Assembly: GCA_023515725.1 (NCBI GenBank)
Contig: JALDTO010000162.1
Span: 410,476-474,475, forward strand
DNA: 64,000 nucleotides
DNA from: Amoeboaphelidium protococcarum X5
Lineage: Eukaryota > Fungi > Aphelidiomycota
Direction of reading: 5' to 3'
Shown: positions 53,608-64,000 of the stretch, in pieces
Numbering within the stretch: position 1 is the first letter of the stretch
How the letters are laid out: each line of letters starts with the position of its first letter
Position numbers and translations under genes: made by a program
The notes under the pieces: generated by a model
The model's database searches: none
The model's input: only the letters and a program-made list of their open reading frames with translations
Told to the model about the DNA's origin: nothing

Positions 53608-54936
53608 ATGGCGCTATTTCAAGCTAAACGATCCGTTTCAACATCTATGCGTGGTCTTATGGCATCGCTGTCATCTGTCGGTAATCCGTAGGGGAAATTG
53701 GTGCTTGTCGGAAGCGGTTGGGGCATTTATAATCTACTAAAGAGCATTGATACCTAGAATTATGACGTCCATCTGGTGTCGCCAAAGAACTATTTCACAT
53801 TCACGCCGCTCCTTGCTTCTACCTCTGTCGGCACGTTGGAGTTCCGATCGGCTATCGAGCCAGTGCGCGTCTCCGATCGTATCACTTTCCATTAGGCACG
53901 CTGTGACAGTATAGATTTCCAGTCTCGCAGCATCCAATGCTCCTCAGCTCTTGATGATTCTACTCAGAGTATTAGCTATGATAAGCTCGTCGTCGCTGTC
54001 GGGGCTCAAGTCAATACATTTGGTATTCCAGGTGTGGATAAGTATGCACACTTCTTGAAAGATATCAGTAATGCTAGAAGTATTAGAACGTAGATAATCA
54101 AGAATCTGGAACTGGCCTCTTCTCCTCATTGCACCACAGCTGAACGAAAGCGTCTGTGCTCATTTGTAGCCATTGGGAGTGGTCCGACTGGAGTTGAATT
54201 TGTGTCAGAGTTGTATGATTTGATTTCTGATGATGTGGCTCGAAAGTACCCCAGTCTGATGAAAGACATTGAGATTTCCATTTACGATGTGGCACCAAGA
54301 ATCTTGCCATCTTTCGATCCTGCTCTCAGCGAGTACACTACAAAGTTATTCACCGAGCGTGGTATTAAAATCTGCACTGGGAAAGCTGTAACTGAAGTGC
54401 ACAAAAAGTATTTTAAATTAAAAGATGGATCAGAGGTTCCATACAGTCTGATGATATGGTCTGCTGGATTATCGCCAGTTGATCTGATCTAGTCTATTGA
54501 TCTACCAAAGGATAGAATGAAGCGTTTATACACAGATGACAATTTACAAGTTCTTGATTCTGAGTAGTAGCCAATTTCTGGTGTCTATGCTCTTGGAGAT
54601 TGTGCGGTGATCAAAGATAATGATTTGCCGTGTACAGCGCAAGTTGCCAGATAGAAGGGGAAGTATTTGGCATCGCAGCTAAACTTGAAGGCCAAGGCGT
54701 TACATGATCAACTGTCCCCATTTGAATATCATCATCGCGGAAGCATGGCATATGTCGGTGGACACAAAGCTGTGGTGTAGATGAATAAAGGCTAGTTGTA
54801 ATCAGGCACTCTTGGCTGGTTGATATGGCGCGGCGCGTATGTTGGGATGGCCAACTCCCTGCGCAACAAGATTAAAATCTCCACATATTGGATACTAACT
54901 TGGCTCTTTGGACGAGAAATTAGTCATTTTAATTGA
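53608..54936 (+). CDS. Mitochondrial type II (alternative) NADH:ubiquinone oxidoreductase, Nde1/Ndi1 family, 442 aa
   Basis: Presequence-like [15 protein letters not shown]; [67 protein letters not shown] at 54934-54936. Confidence 0.93.
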
Positions 54937-55083
54937 AATTATATATTGAATAGCTGTTTCGACTATAAATACCAAGTTTTAATAAACTGAGAATTTCTTT
55001 GAACTTCTGCATAGGGGTGAGCTTTAGACCGATTTTCATCAGATCGTTTACTTTCATAAACATACGATAATTTTACTGGAGAG

Positions 55084-56253
55084 ATGAAAGTAAAGATATC
55101 GCTGTGTGAGGACAAATAAACTAATATTCTATAGCTACCATCTGGATAGATCACTAATGATTTGAATGTATTTGAGTTCTAGAAAACTGGCGCCATAAGC
55201 GGTAAAAGCACTGGCAATGATGATGTCGTTGTGCACGCAGAAAATGAAAAAATTGAATTGACTGGCTCATCCAAGGCATCAAGTACAATAGCGCCACATA
55301 CCCGATATGCCGTATGCGTATATGATAAGAAGACGAAATCCTTATAAATGTTGCCACCGACGCGTTTGATCGATATGCAGCTGACCGTGAAGAATCTCAA
55401 GGCTATCGCTATTGAGCAGTAGGTGGAGACGCGTGTATCTAGCACATTGAAGCGTGATCTTGGATAGGCATTTGGTACTAGAAAGTCGTAGTCAGCGATC
55501 AACTCCTATGATCGTGGTGTTATTAATGTCGGTCAGCTGCAAGGTGTGTAGAGTCATTTGGAGTCTGCGATTGATGAGAAGGCTGGCGGTTTGCGTACAA
55601 CCCAGTAGATTGAAAATGATAGTTATCTGCACTCGAGACTGCTGCCGTAATTCGATGCCACGACTGATAAATAAGATTGTGTGTTCAAGTTGGAAGATAT
55701 GATCCCCAAGGATGATTTTGAGCGTATCCCACTTGATGTCGATGTGAATGATACACGTCTACCTACGCATATCAAATCTAAATTACGCGTCGCCAATGAA
55801 ATGGATGATTAGCGCAAGATTCGCTTGTGTGTTCTAGTGGTTTATCTGATCCAATTCAGATCTCTGACAAGTTTTTAATTAAATGATAAATCGTATTGGT
55901 AGTAAAATTTGATATTTCCAATTCCTCAGCCAGTGGACGCGCTCCTATTTGAGACTTTTACAGAGTGGCATTAAATCTCATAGACTGGTAAGAGTAAGCG
56001 TATGGTCAGTACCTAGAATAAAGAGAAACTCACAAATTATATCGCCATCCTCTGCCTAATGATTGACAATTTCAAAGTTGAAGTTTCCTCCCTGGCCAAA
56101 GATTTGCAATTAACGGGCACAAAGTGTATCGATGTGTTCCGCTCTTGTGGATGTGCTGTAGAGTACGCTGTTATTGACGGTTAAAGGAAGAAGGTTTTGA
56201 AGTTGCAAGCTCCTATACAATTCCCGAAAGCATCTAGAGGTAGAATGAGATGA
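55084..56253 (+). CDS. RPA49: RNA polymerase I subunit A49 (POLR1E/PAF53), 389 aa
   Basis: YAVCVYDKKTK, RDLGQAFGTRKSQSAI, LLPQFDA, YIAILCLMIDNF, LAKDL...FRSCGC, LQAPIQFPK then TGA. Confidence 0.85.
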
Positions 56254-56316
56254 AGTGATATCACTAGACTTTATTATTTTGATAGTTGTTATCTGTTAGA
56301 TGCAATACTTACATGA

Positions 56317-57870
56317 TCATTACATGAGCTTATTAAGGCTTGATTCAATTTCAGTTAGACTCGCTTGCTTTCGCTAATACACCATCTTTATAACAGATCC
56401 ATCTATCGGTCGTTGTCGATAATGCCCATCTTCTTACAGAACAGTATCTTTATTAATTGATACATGATTGCGATAAGCTCCAAACCAGTGATCATCTTTA
56501 GACTTTATATACATTTCACAAAAACTATTTCCATTAGCGATTGATTATGAATGATGATCTTTGTTAGTAAAATCATACAATTGTCTAAGTCTACAGCTGA
56601 CGCCTTTAGGTATATCAGCAGTACCGTCTTTACCTATCATCTTTAGCTCCCGGCTATCAGCGGAAACTATAAATCCATGATCGCACTAGACTTTACCATT
56701 AGACTCTTATAATGGCTACAATTAACTCAATAACGGTTTAAATAAATGTATGACTTGACCAAATATATCACTTTAATAAGATTCTCCGCGCACAGCTAAA
56801 TACACAGTAAATTATCCAAATTGCACCTTTTCCAGTCTCAACTTCTCACCCTGTAAGTAAACAACATTCTCTCGTTATGTCAATGTAGTAGATTCAGAAG
56901 CATTAATATTATTACTATTCCCAATGCAAAATTAAATAAAATAATACAAACTGGCAGACTAGGACGGACTGAGATTAGACCAAACAAATTCGACATGATT
57001 GCGAACAACCATTAACTGTCTAACATCTTCTATATCAGATTATATGATATTGAACGCCGAATAGAACTGCAATACCTAGTGAGGATTCATGTTTATATGT
57101 GTCTTGTAGTTACCAAAAGATATTCCATCAATCTACCGCTAAGTTCCATCTTACACTATGTCCTGAAGAAGACTCTCAACCATGGTATCATAGAACTATC
57201 GGATATTCACCCAGTCAAGTACTGATGAACTATCAACATCGCCGCAGTACAAGCGGAGCAAAGAGTTCAGTAAATCAAGTACATTGCTAATCAGCACCTG
57301 GTCCACAGATTCAGCACTAAAATCAACTTTACTTGAATTTCCAGAGTTGGCTGAAGCACTTTGATGCTTAACATTTCGTTACGACGATTGAGACTACTAC
57401 TGTTACAGCAATTGAGATGATGACGAGGTACTCTAATAAACCGTGAATCCAAGATTAACATTCAATACTATGGTTAAAATTTTAGTGATTTTGCGTATAA
57501 ATATCATGTGCTTCCCTGTACGTATACATTAAACTTCAGAATCCGCTTTACCATCATCAACGGCAGCATCCACACTGAAATACTCATTAGTCATATTCTA
57601 AATAGCTTGCACCAGACCAATATGCTTCAATCTATCTTGCACTGTAAAAGTTGGAGGATAAAAGTACTGAATAAACTCATCACCGTCGTCATTCTCAAAC
57701 TATTTGTGCTACTATTATTATTACTATTATTATTCGGCACTTTCCTATTCAATACTACTAGACGCACTTTCACCAATGTCAACCTCTTTCTCATCACTCC
57801 CATCACGTAGCTAATCATTCGAATACACAGCTAAGAAGAATATGCTAGGCTTGGATGACAATTACTCCAT
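56317..57870 (-). CDS. CCZ1: Vacuolar fusion protein Ccz1 (tri-longin Rab7/Ypt7 GEF subunit), 517 aa
   Basis: IQYFYPP...RLKHIGLVQAI, FVWSNL...SLYYFI, EMYIKSKDDHWFG and KQASLTEIE match CCZ1 longin motifs in order. Open in table 6 from ATG 57870 to TGA 56317. Confidence 0.8.
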
Positions 57871-58382
57871 CTCTGTATAGACTATAAATGTTTTAAATTA
57901 TTTATTCAGAGCGGAGAAGCCGATAAAGCACAAAGAGAACCGCTTGTTTTCAAGTGAAAATAAACTGTGAACTTTGACTAGAGACTGTCTGTGAGGAAGC
58001 GGAGGAAAGAGCTAGGAGACTCGATTGCGAGCTGAAGACGAAAGTCGTGCCACTGTACTTAACTGTACTGTACTGCACTACCAAGCAATAGTTGACATGA
58101 CACAATAATAACTTCTTCTTAAATCAAAGCGCGTTTTACAGTTGTTCCATGTACTTTAGAAGTATTATCAGATCTTTTTCTCAAGAACTTTATTAACTGT
58201 ATGCCGCATCGCTGAAAGTTATAATTGCGTAGAAAGATGTAAGATTATCTGATTGGATGAAATACGAAGATAGCAGCGAAATAGTGTCAATATTCAATAT
58301 TTGAAGCTTGTAGGCGTTTAAGAGTCTGCAGCCGGAAGCTTACCGTTCTCACTTTAGATTCAGGGGCCATGGCCTGAAAGAA

Positions 58383-58510
58383 GGGGTACCGTTAATGTCT
58401 CCCAGTCAAATGTCGCTAGCAAATTGTCGCTACAACGATCAAGGAAATGTCGCTCCAATCGTCGCTGAAACAGATGATTGTGGCGACATCCCTCAGCTAA
58501 GTGTCGCAAG
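58383..58510 (+). repeat. Cluster of (T)GTCGC motifs upstream of the transposase; possible subterminal repeats
   Basis: (T)GTCGC at about 58411, 58425, 58448, 58461 and 58502, plus an inverted copy at ~58483, downstream of GGGGTACC at 58383. Confidence 0.5.
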
Positions 58511-58681
58511 ATAGTCTGACTCGTCCTTGGTAAGAGTTGTTAAAGCTCAAGCGCCATCGTCTGTTAATATCACTCGCTAACTCCCAAAGAGTAATTGTAT
58601 TATTTTAATTTATCGCCTGTATTATCTAACTTTACTTGCCTGCGTTTAGAACGTACATCTCTCATCCGGTAAATACTGAAC

Positions 58682-61600
58682 ATGAACTCAACCAATGGTC
58701 TATCCATTAATAACTTCTAAGCACCAAGTGGTAAAAGGCGTGCCTCTACGGATAAAGAGAATGATTCCAGAGGCAAAAAAGACTGGAAATGTGGTATATG
58801 TCATGGCTGGCATCATCGCCAAAATAAAAAGAAGCACTTAGAGTATTGTCAGAAAAAGGTGGGGGAGAAGAAGAAGAATGAGCAAGTGGCGAACAAGTTT
58901 GTCAGCCATTTTAAACCATAATCCAATGTCCAAAGCCCCTGTTAGCCACCAACTGACACGACAGGTAAAATATTGTTCGTCAATGTACTTATATATGTAT
59001 TTTGCTTGTAGTGGTTGCTTCTGCTATTGTTTCGGCCTCTACTGATAAAGTTTGGTAAAAGCGTGCTAATACTGGGTGGATTGTTAAGCATTGTGATGAG
59101 ATTGATGCTGCTATCAAGAGAACTGGATCTAGAGGTGCTCAGTGCAAAGCCACCAAGTCTCCGTCTGCTCCTTGTGATTGTCAGCCGGCGTAACCTCTAC
59201 TGTGGAAGGATTTGTGGAAGCATCCTCCTAATCCTTTGTTGGCGTCGCTTGATATACATCCCGATGATTTCATAAAAGAAAGCGTATTCTTCTGGGTGCC
59301 TGAAGTTTTCTTTTTTCGATTGGGATTGAGACATATGCCATGTCCTGTTCATGGTGTTGTAGATGGCAAAGTCACGCATGCTGGATGGTCGTCAGTTGGG
59401 CCGAGAAAAGTAGTTTGTCTTGGTCAGTCTTATTATGTGATGTATAAGAGATATAAGTGCTCATTGTGCAACAAGGAATTCAGAGGGCTGGATGACAGAA
59501 TAACTCAGTACTTACCAGCACATATCGCAGCGCAGCTCCCTTGCGTCCTGTTGGACAATTCTATACTGGATAAAGGTCTGGTGATGTTCCTCGATAGGCA
59601 GATTATGAAAGGTATGTCATTTGAAGGAGTCGTTGATCTTTTAAACGAAATGTTTCATACTGATTACTAACAAAAGCATCTGGCATACGCATCCGCTGCT
59701 GTATATATGAGAAAGAAAACATCTTCTGCCGTTCGATTTCAAAATCCTGGTTTGATTGAGCCATTTGGTGATTTTGATGACTTATCGTTGTACAATGGTG
59801 TCATTCCGTCTTCCAAAGCTCTGAAGAAATTTTATTTGAAGAGTCAGTCAGATCAGTATGATCTCAAAAATGCGTAAATCGTTGCTACTACCGGGAATGT
59901 CTTATCGGGTGATCATACTTTCAAAGCAGCCAAAGTTCCGATATCTAAAAGTCATTAGATTTTCGAAGGTTTGTACAGTCTCGTAAATGAGTTTGCTCAG
60001 GTAATTGGCTATTGGTTAGTATCCGGTAAAAGCTTAAAAGACCTTAAGGCTGAATTTAGTGACCTTCGTGCGAGATATGAAATGAAAGGGGAAGTTGGGC
60101 CATCTGCTTTCTATACTGATTTATGTTGCACTGAGCGAGAAACTTTGTAATAGTATCTTCCTTCGCTTTTCATAGAGAAAGATTCTTAATCGTAGAGAGT
60201 GCTGTTAGATGTGTGGCATTTTATGGAAAGATATCCCGTCTCTAAGAAAAGCCATATGTACCCTATATTTGCAGCTATGCTGCGTGATGCTATCTTCATC
60301 TGCTCTGACGAGGATCTGGCTGCCATCAAGTCAGTCTTACTTAAAAGAGGTGTAAATTAGGAGTTACAGCAGTTGTTGAAGCGGAGTTACCTTGTCTCCA
60401 GTAATCGTGTTAGACGTATGATTCCTAAAGCTGATGTTTTGTCTGATAGAGTCGATGATGTCGTGTAAATTTTTCGTTAAGCTGATTCGGAATTCATTAA
60501 TGATGGTGTCATGAAGAAGCGTCTGCTGAATATGAAGCATGTTCAAGAGGGCTGTCTCTCTGATCCTGATGGCGTTCCGTTCTATATGGAGATTAAGTCC
60601 GGTAGCGATGATACCTTTAAATAGTACAAATGCTTCCGCGGGTCAAGCCAACAGGAAGGGTATCATATGAATTTGTATAACGCTTTCTAAGCCCGTTCCA
60701 TTGGCCCGGAATTGTTTGACGTTATGCTGTTGGACTTTGTGTATAGAAGAAATTTAACTGCTTCCTAGTAATGTGGGTTTGTACCGGTTCATCATGTTTT
60801 TAATCCGTCGTTGTTGTTGCAATTGTAGTAAATATTCCATGACAATCAATAATTATTTGCGAAGGTTCAATGCTAAGAATTTAAGATAGTTGACGTCAGC
60901 GAGTTTTCTAAATCAATCAAGTTTGGTTGCAAGAAGTATCTTGATGGATAGCGTGCATTGGACGAGCTTGAGGATTCAGATGTGATGTGTGAAGATTTGG
61001 AGTAATCAATATCAGTAGTATCTGAAGATCCATCATTTGAGTACGGACTAGACTCAGTTACTTCGGACGATCACAAAATGGTCTCTAATATTAACTCTGC
61101 TTCTATCATGATGTAAAAATTCTCTATTAACTCTATTCCAAGACCGGTTCACTCAGAACAAGAATTGTCTCTTTATCTGCAATTATATGATATTCTTTCT
61201 GTCGCTCCTGGGCATTAAGAAAGGAAGGTCGATTTCAACCATATGGCTAAGCTTTGGAACTCTGCTATTTTGGAGAAGATCGGTAATTGTGAGGATGAAT
61301 CCTAATTAAAAGAGCTATAGAGCGTTTACTCTTTTAAAGCTGGCAGTCACCTCAAAGCCTTCTAAGATGTAATGGAGAAAAAGCTTCGGGCTAAGTATGC
61401 GCTTGAGCCATATAAAGCTCAGCTATCACAGCTTTAATCTCATTTAACTGACTCTTCTAAAGTGAATATACCCTTTCAGATGCGTGGTGAGTCTTCTAAA
61501 GTGGGGCTAAATAGCTAAAGATCTTTGCCATCAACTGACGATACCACTGCTTTGCGTTTGTCTCCATGTCATTAGCATCAGTCTGTTGAGACGTAGACTT

Positions 61601-62268
61601 TCTTACGCTGTGGTGATTGTTCTTGTGTCAATATTCAGATGGCGCCATCACATAATGATCAGTTATAGAATGATAATTTGTAAAGTTTGCTTGATGGGGT
61701 AAATTTGGAATCAATTTTTGATCCATTACCAGAATTGGGGCCTAATGATTTTGGTGGAAGTGATCCTTTGTTACCGTTGCATGATTCGCTTGATGCTACC
61801 GTCTTGGATTAGTTGACTCCTACATAGTATCCTACACGTGGAGATGATGATGCAGCCTTGGATCAGCAGGCTCACACTCAATATGAAGGACGTGAAGGGC
61901 GCCTATTGACTTACATCACGGAGGAGATTATATAGACGGAAAATGGCCCAGTTGCTCAACAGTTTTCGGTCAATCCAACTGAGATGCTGAAACAATGTGA
62001 TGCATAGAGTGTGTACACCTCTGAAAATGGTTTCTCTAGCGAATCAGATCTTCAATGTAATTTAAGAGATGCTGCAATATCTTAAGTCTGCAGCGTATGC
62101 TGGAAAGCACGACTGATGCTTAATTGTAATATCTATACCAATGGTCATGGTGGGAAGTCTTGCGAAGCTGCTCGTATCCTCAGTTAAGAGCAGGTGTAGT
62201 ATCGCCGATCAATATATAAAAAAGTCAGCAAGAGATATGAACGTCAGCGAAAAGTCCCTACGTTGTGA
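58682..62268 (+). mobile_element. Intact DDE transposase of the DUF6729-containing type (Mutator/ISL3-like D-D-DxxH-E architecture), ~1180 aa; intron 58965..59011
   Basis: N-terminal CxxC..H..C finger; CPVHG...GPRKVV...RYKCSLC (DUF6729-like); LSGDHTFK, FYTDLCC, LLDVWHFMER, GCLSDP, CFRGSSQQEGYH, VDFNHMAKLWN; C-terminal CxxC..H..C. No in-frame TGA from 59014 to 62265. A further upstream exon (intron 58591..58649) is possible. Confidence 0.85.
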
Positions 62269-62333
62269 ACGGAGCCAAGCTAGAATGTCTATGGACGCCT
62301 CAAATTATTAAACATACTTTCTTGTCTAATTTC

Positions 62334-62993
62334 TCATATTACGTCAATCGCCCCCGACCTTCGGTCGGCTGCGATATTACATTTTTTCCGAGTACCCGTA
62401 TTACCATATTACAAGCCCAAAATCCCAAAAATGATAGAAAAAGCTACAGCGGCGTCATATTCGGCTTAATACGGACACGCGCTTTAATCACAAAACTAGC
62501 CATAATAAGGACCTGCACATCCACGCGTGCAATTACCCAATTTAAAATCACATTCACCAAACAAGCAATTCTCAGGACACTTTTTAGAGCAGTCTTAGCT
62601 AAAGAAGCCCATTTTGCACTAATTGCATTTTCCAGTAAGCTTATCGCACTCTCCAATGCAGTTCGAGGAACAAGTAACTTCGCATCGATCGCCAAAAAAG
62701 CCATCTTGGCATTTCTCACATACTCCAGTGCTTTGATGGCATGAAGAGTCTCCTTAATAAATAATATGACATTTAGCGGGACATTTTCTGTTGCAAAAAT
62801 CGACATATTTATTATTCTAGCATCCGTATATGCAAAATCCTTAAAATTTATCACATGTCGGCAATCCGTACTTGTGTTTACAATCTGATGGGCAGTCTTT
62901 ATCGCAGTCAACGCCCCATTTACCATTAGCACACTACTCCGCGCCAGCAAAAAGGCTAATCAGAGCTACAATAGCAAATATCACGAATCTCAT
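62334..62993 (-). CDS. Signal-peptide protein with ~4 MEGF10/SCARF-like (laminin-type) EGF repeats and a short hydrophobic segment, 219 aa
   Basis: MRFVIFAIVALISLFAGA, then CANGKWGVDCDKDCPSDC...CDKFQGFCIYGC, CQDGFFGDRCEVTCSSNCIGECDKLTGKCNQC, CKMGFFSQDCSKKCPENCLFGECDFKLGNCTRGC, then AAVAFSIIFGILGL. Visible only in table 6. Confidence 0.85.
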
Positions 62994-63122
62994 AGTGTCT
63001 TAAATCTAGATATAGCAATATTTAGTGATTCTGTTAGTGATAAAAACTGTAAAAGGGAAAGATCAACGACAATAGAATCAATATATACATTTTAAAACCC
63101 CTGAAGTATTTAAATTAAGTAA

Positions 63123-63689
63123 TCATATATTGAGTAAATCATCAAGAACATCGGTAGGTTCAGGAACTTAAGCCTACTCGGTAGCATCAGCCTTGATTTA
63201 CCTTTTGATAATGGGGGCGCTTGGAACAACTTTGTATTAATAATGAGCGGCAAACTCGCCTCCCAAATTTTACACTTGCTAAAGACTATCCACCTAATCT
63301 AGCTTTTCAAACATTTATCTATCCCATTGAGTTTACTGCTGCCACTTGGACACCTTCTCAGAGTGCTACTACTTCAACTACTCCTATTCTAGTTGTAAAT
63401 GATGCAATAAGTCCTTTTAAGCCTGTATTTGTTGCAATTTCTACTGCTTACTCTGTGTCGCTTTATGAGGCACAGCATTCTATCCTTTACTATTTCCGTC
63501 ATTCAAATCAGAGACAGACAGAGGAGAGAGAATCTCATCCATATAAACATGATTCCGCTTGTACCGAATTGCCGCAATATCTCTCACCGTTATGTGGTCC
63601 AATTCATCACAACCTTATTCCTGTACAAAATGATGTCGCTATTACTACTGCTTCATCTATTACACGTTCTAAGGCTATGGCAAAGTCAT
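63123..63689 (-). CDS. Small SWI/SNF-RSC subunit-like protein (Ssr4 C-terminal / BAF57 NHRLI-like motif plus coiled coil), 188 aa
   Basis: DELDHITVRDIAAIRYKRNHVYMDEILSP resembles the Ssr4/BAF57 motif (DELD....R.I...RY..NH..M.EI), followed by a Q-rich heptad region. ATG 63689, TGA 63123. Confidence 0.65.
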
Positions 63690-63776
63690 TTACAATTCTA
63701 TTTATATTCCGCAGTGTATAATTCAAATAGTTATACGATGAATGCGAGTTTCTCTTAGGTGAGTTTTAAAGACAGA

Positions 63777-63803
63777 AGAGAGAGAGAGAGGCGCGCGAGA
63801 GAG
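63777..63803. promoter_or_regulatory. (GA)n tract with embedded GCGCGCG, upstream of the 63689 start; putative promoter element
   Basis: gagagagagagaggcgcgcgagagag seen directly. Similar GA-rich plus CGCG blocks occur at 12167-12190 and 48821-48840. Confidence 0.4.
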
Positions 63804-64000
63804 TAAATGCTTCAACTAAAGAACACCAAAATTTCATCGCATTTATTCAATCATTCATTGTTTTCACTAAAAGTCATTTCATTATAATCAATCAGAAATC
63901 TTTAATCCATTGGGACAGTCTGGAGTGATTTCTTGTCTCTGGATAATCTTAACCAGTAAGCACCGAGTCGTTAGGCATAGACCCGCGCTACTAGTTGCGA

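Noticed and set aside
467-63689. Functional cluster of chromatin genes (TRA1, ITC1, SET2, ARP4, Ssr4-like) or tandem PIKK duplication (TRA1 and TOR)
   Set aside because: The genes are interspersed with unrelated ones, and TRA1 and TOR are ancient paralogues. Chance proximity in a compact genome is sufficient.
611-63758. Many ORF-track entries as independent genes (e.g. 833..1258 -, 36011..36544 +, 43667..44206 +, 62265..62744 +, 62444..62950 -, 63221..63721 +)
   Set aside because: They are antisense or off-frame shadows of genes identified in table 6 and have no recognisable motifs.
1-64000. Ciliate origin suggested by the TAR=Gln code
   Set aside because: Protein sequences and architectures (Tra1, Itc1, Ade1, Set2, TOR) look fungal/opisthokont, and the DNA is not as AT-rich as typical ciliate genomes.
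1-64000. CRISPR arrays, tRNA or rRNA genes
   Set aside because: I saw no regularly spaced repeat-spacer array and no recognisable tRNA or rRNA sequence. A covariance-model scan would be needed to exclude small RNAs.

Overview
Compact, intron-poor eukaryotic nuclear DNA that uses a non-standard code: TAA and TAG read as Gln and TGA is the only stop (translation table 6). The supplied standard-code ORF track therefore breaks real genes into fragments. Re-read by hand in table 6, the window holds about 20 genes. Housekeeping genes are TRA1/TRRAP, an ITC1/ACF1-like ISWI subunit, INTS11, DCAF12, ADE1, TOR, a golgin-84-like protein, SET2, ARP4, IFT122, a type II NADH dehydrogenase, RPA49, CCZ1 and an Ssr4/BAF57-like protein. 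Accessory genes are a multi-pass class-3 lipase, an M43 metalloprotease and several secreted or Cys-rich orphans. Fungus-like proteins together with IFT122, INTS11 and the TAR=Gln code suggest an early-branching holomycotan, most plausibly the aphelid Amoeboaphelidium protococcarum (inference, not verified). The most notable accessory signals are: (1) a decayed Helitron Rep fragment joined to a Fanzor/TnpB nuclease C-terminus of the IS607/Fanzor2 type (~42.36-43.22 kb), lying between two secreted-protein genes; (2) an intact ~1,180-aa DUF6729-type DDE transposase that uses the host code, next to a MEGF10-like EGF-repeat gene; (3) a caspase-like gene with one in-frame TGA just after the catalytic Cys. 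All family assignments come from motif recognition by eye; no searches were run.
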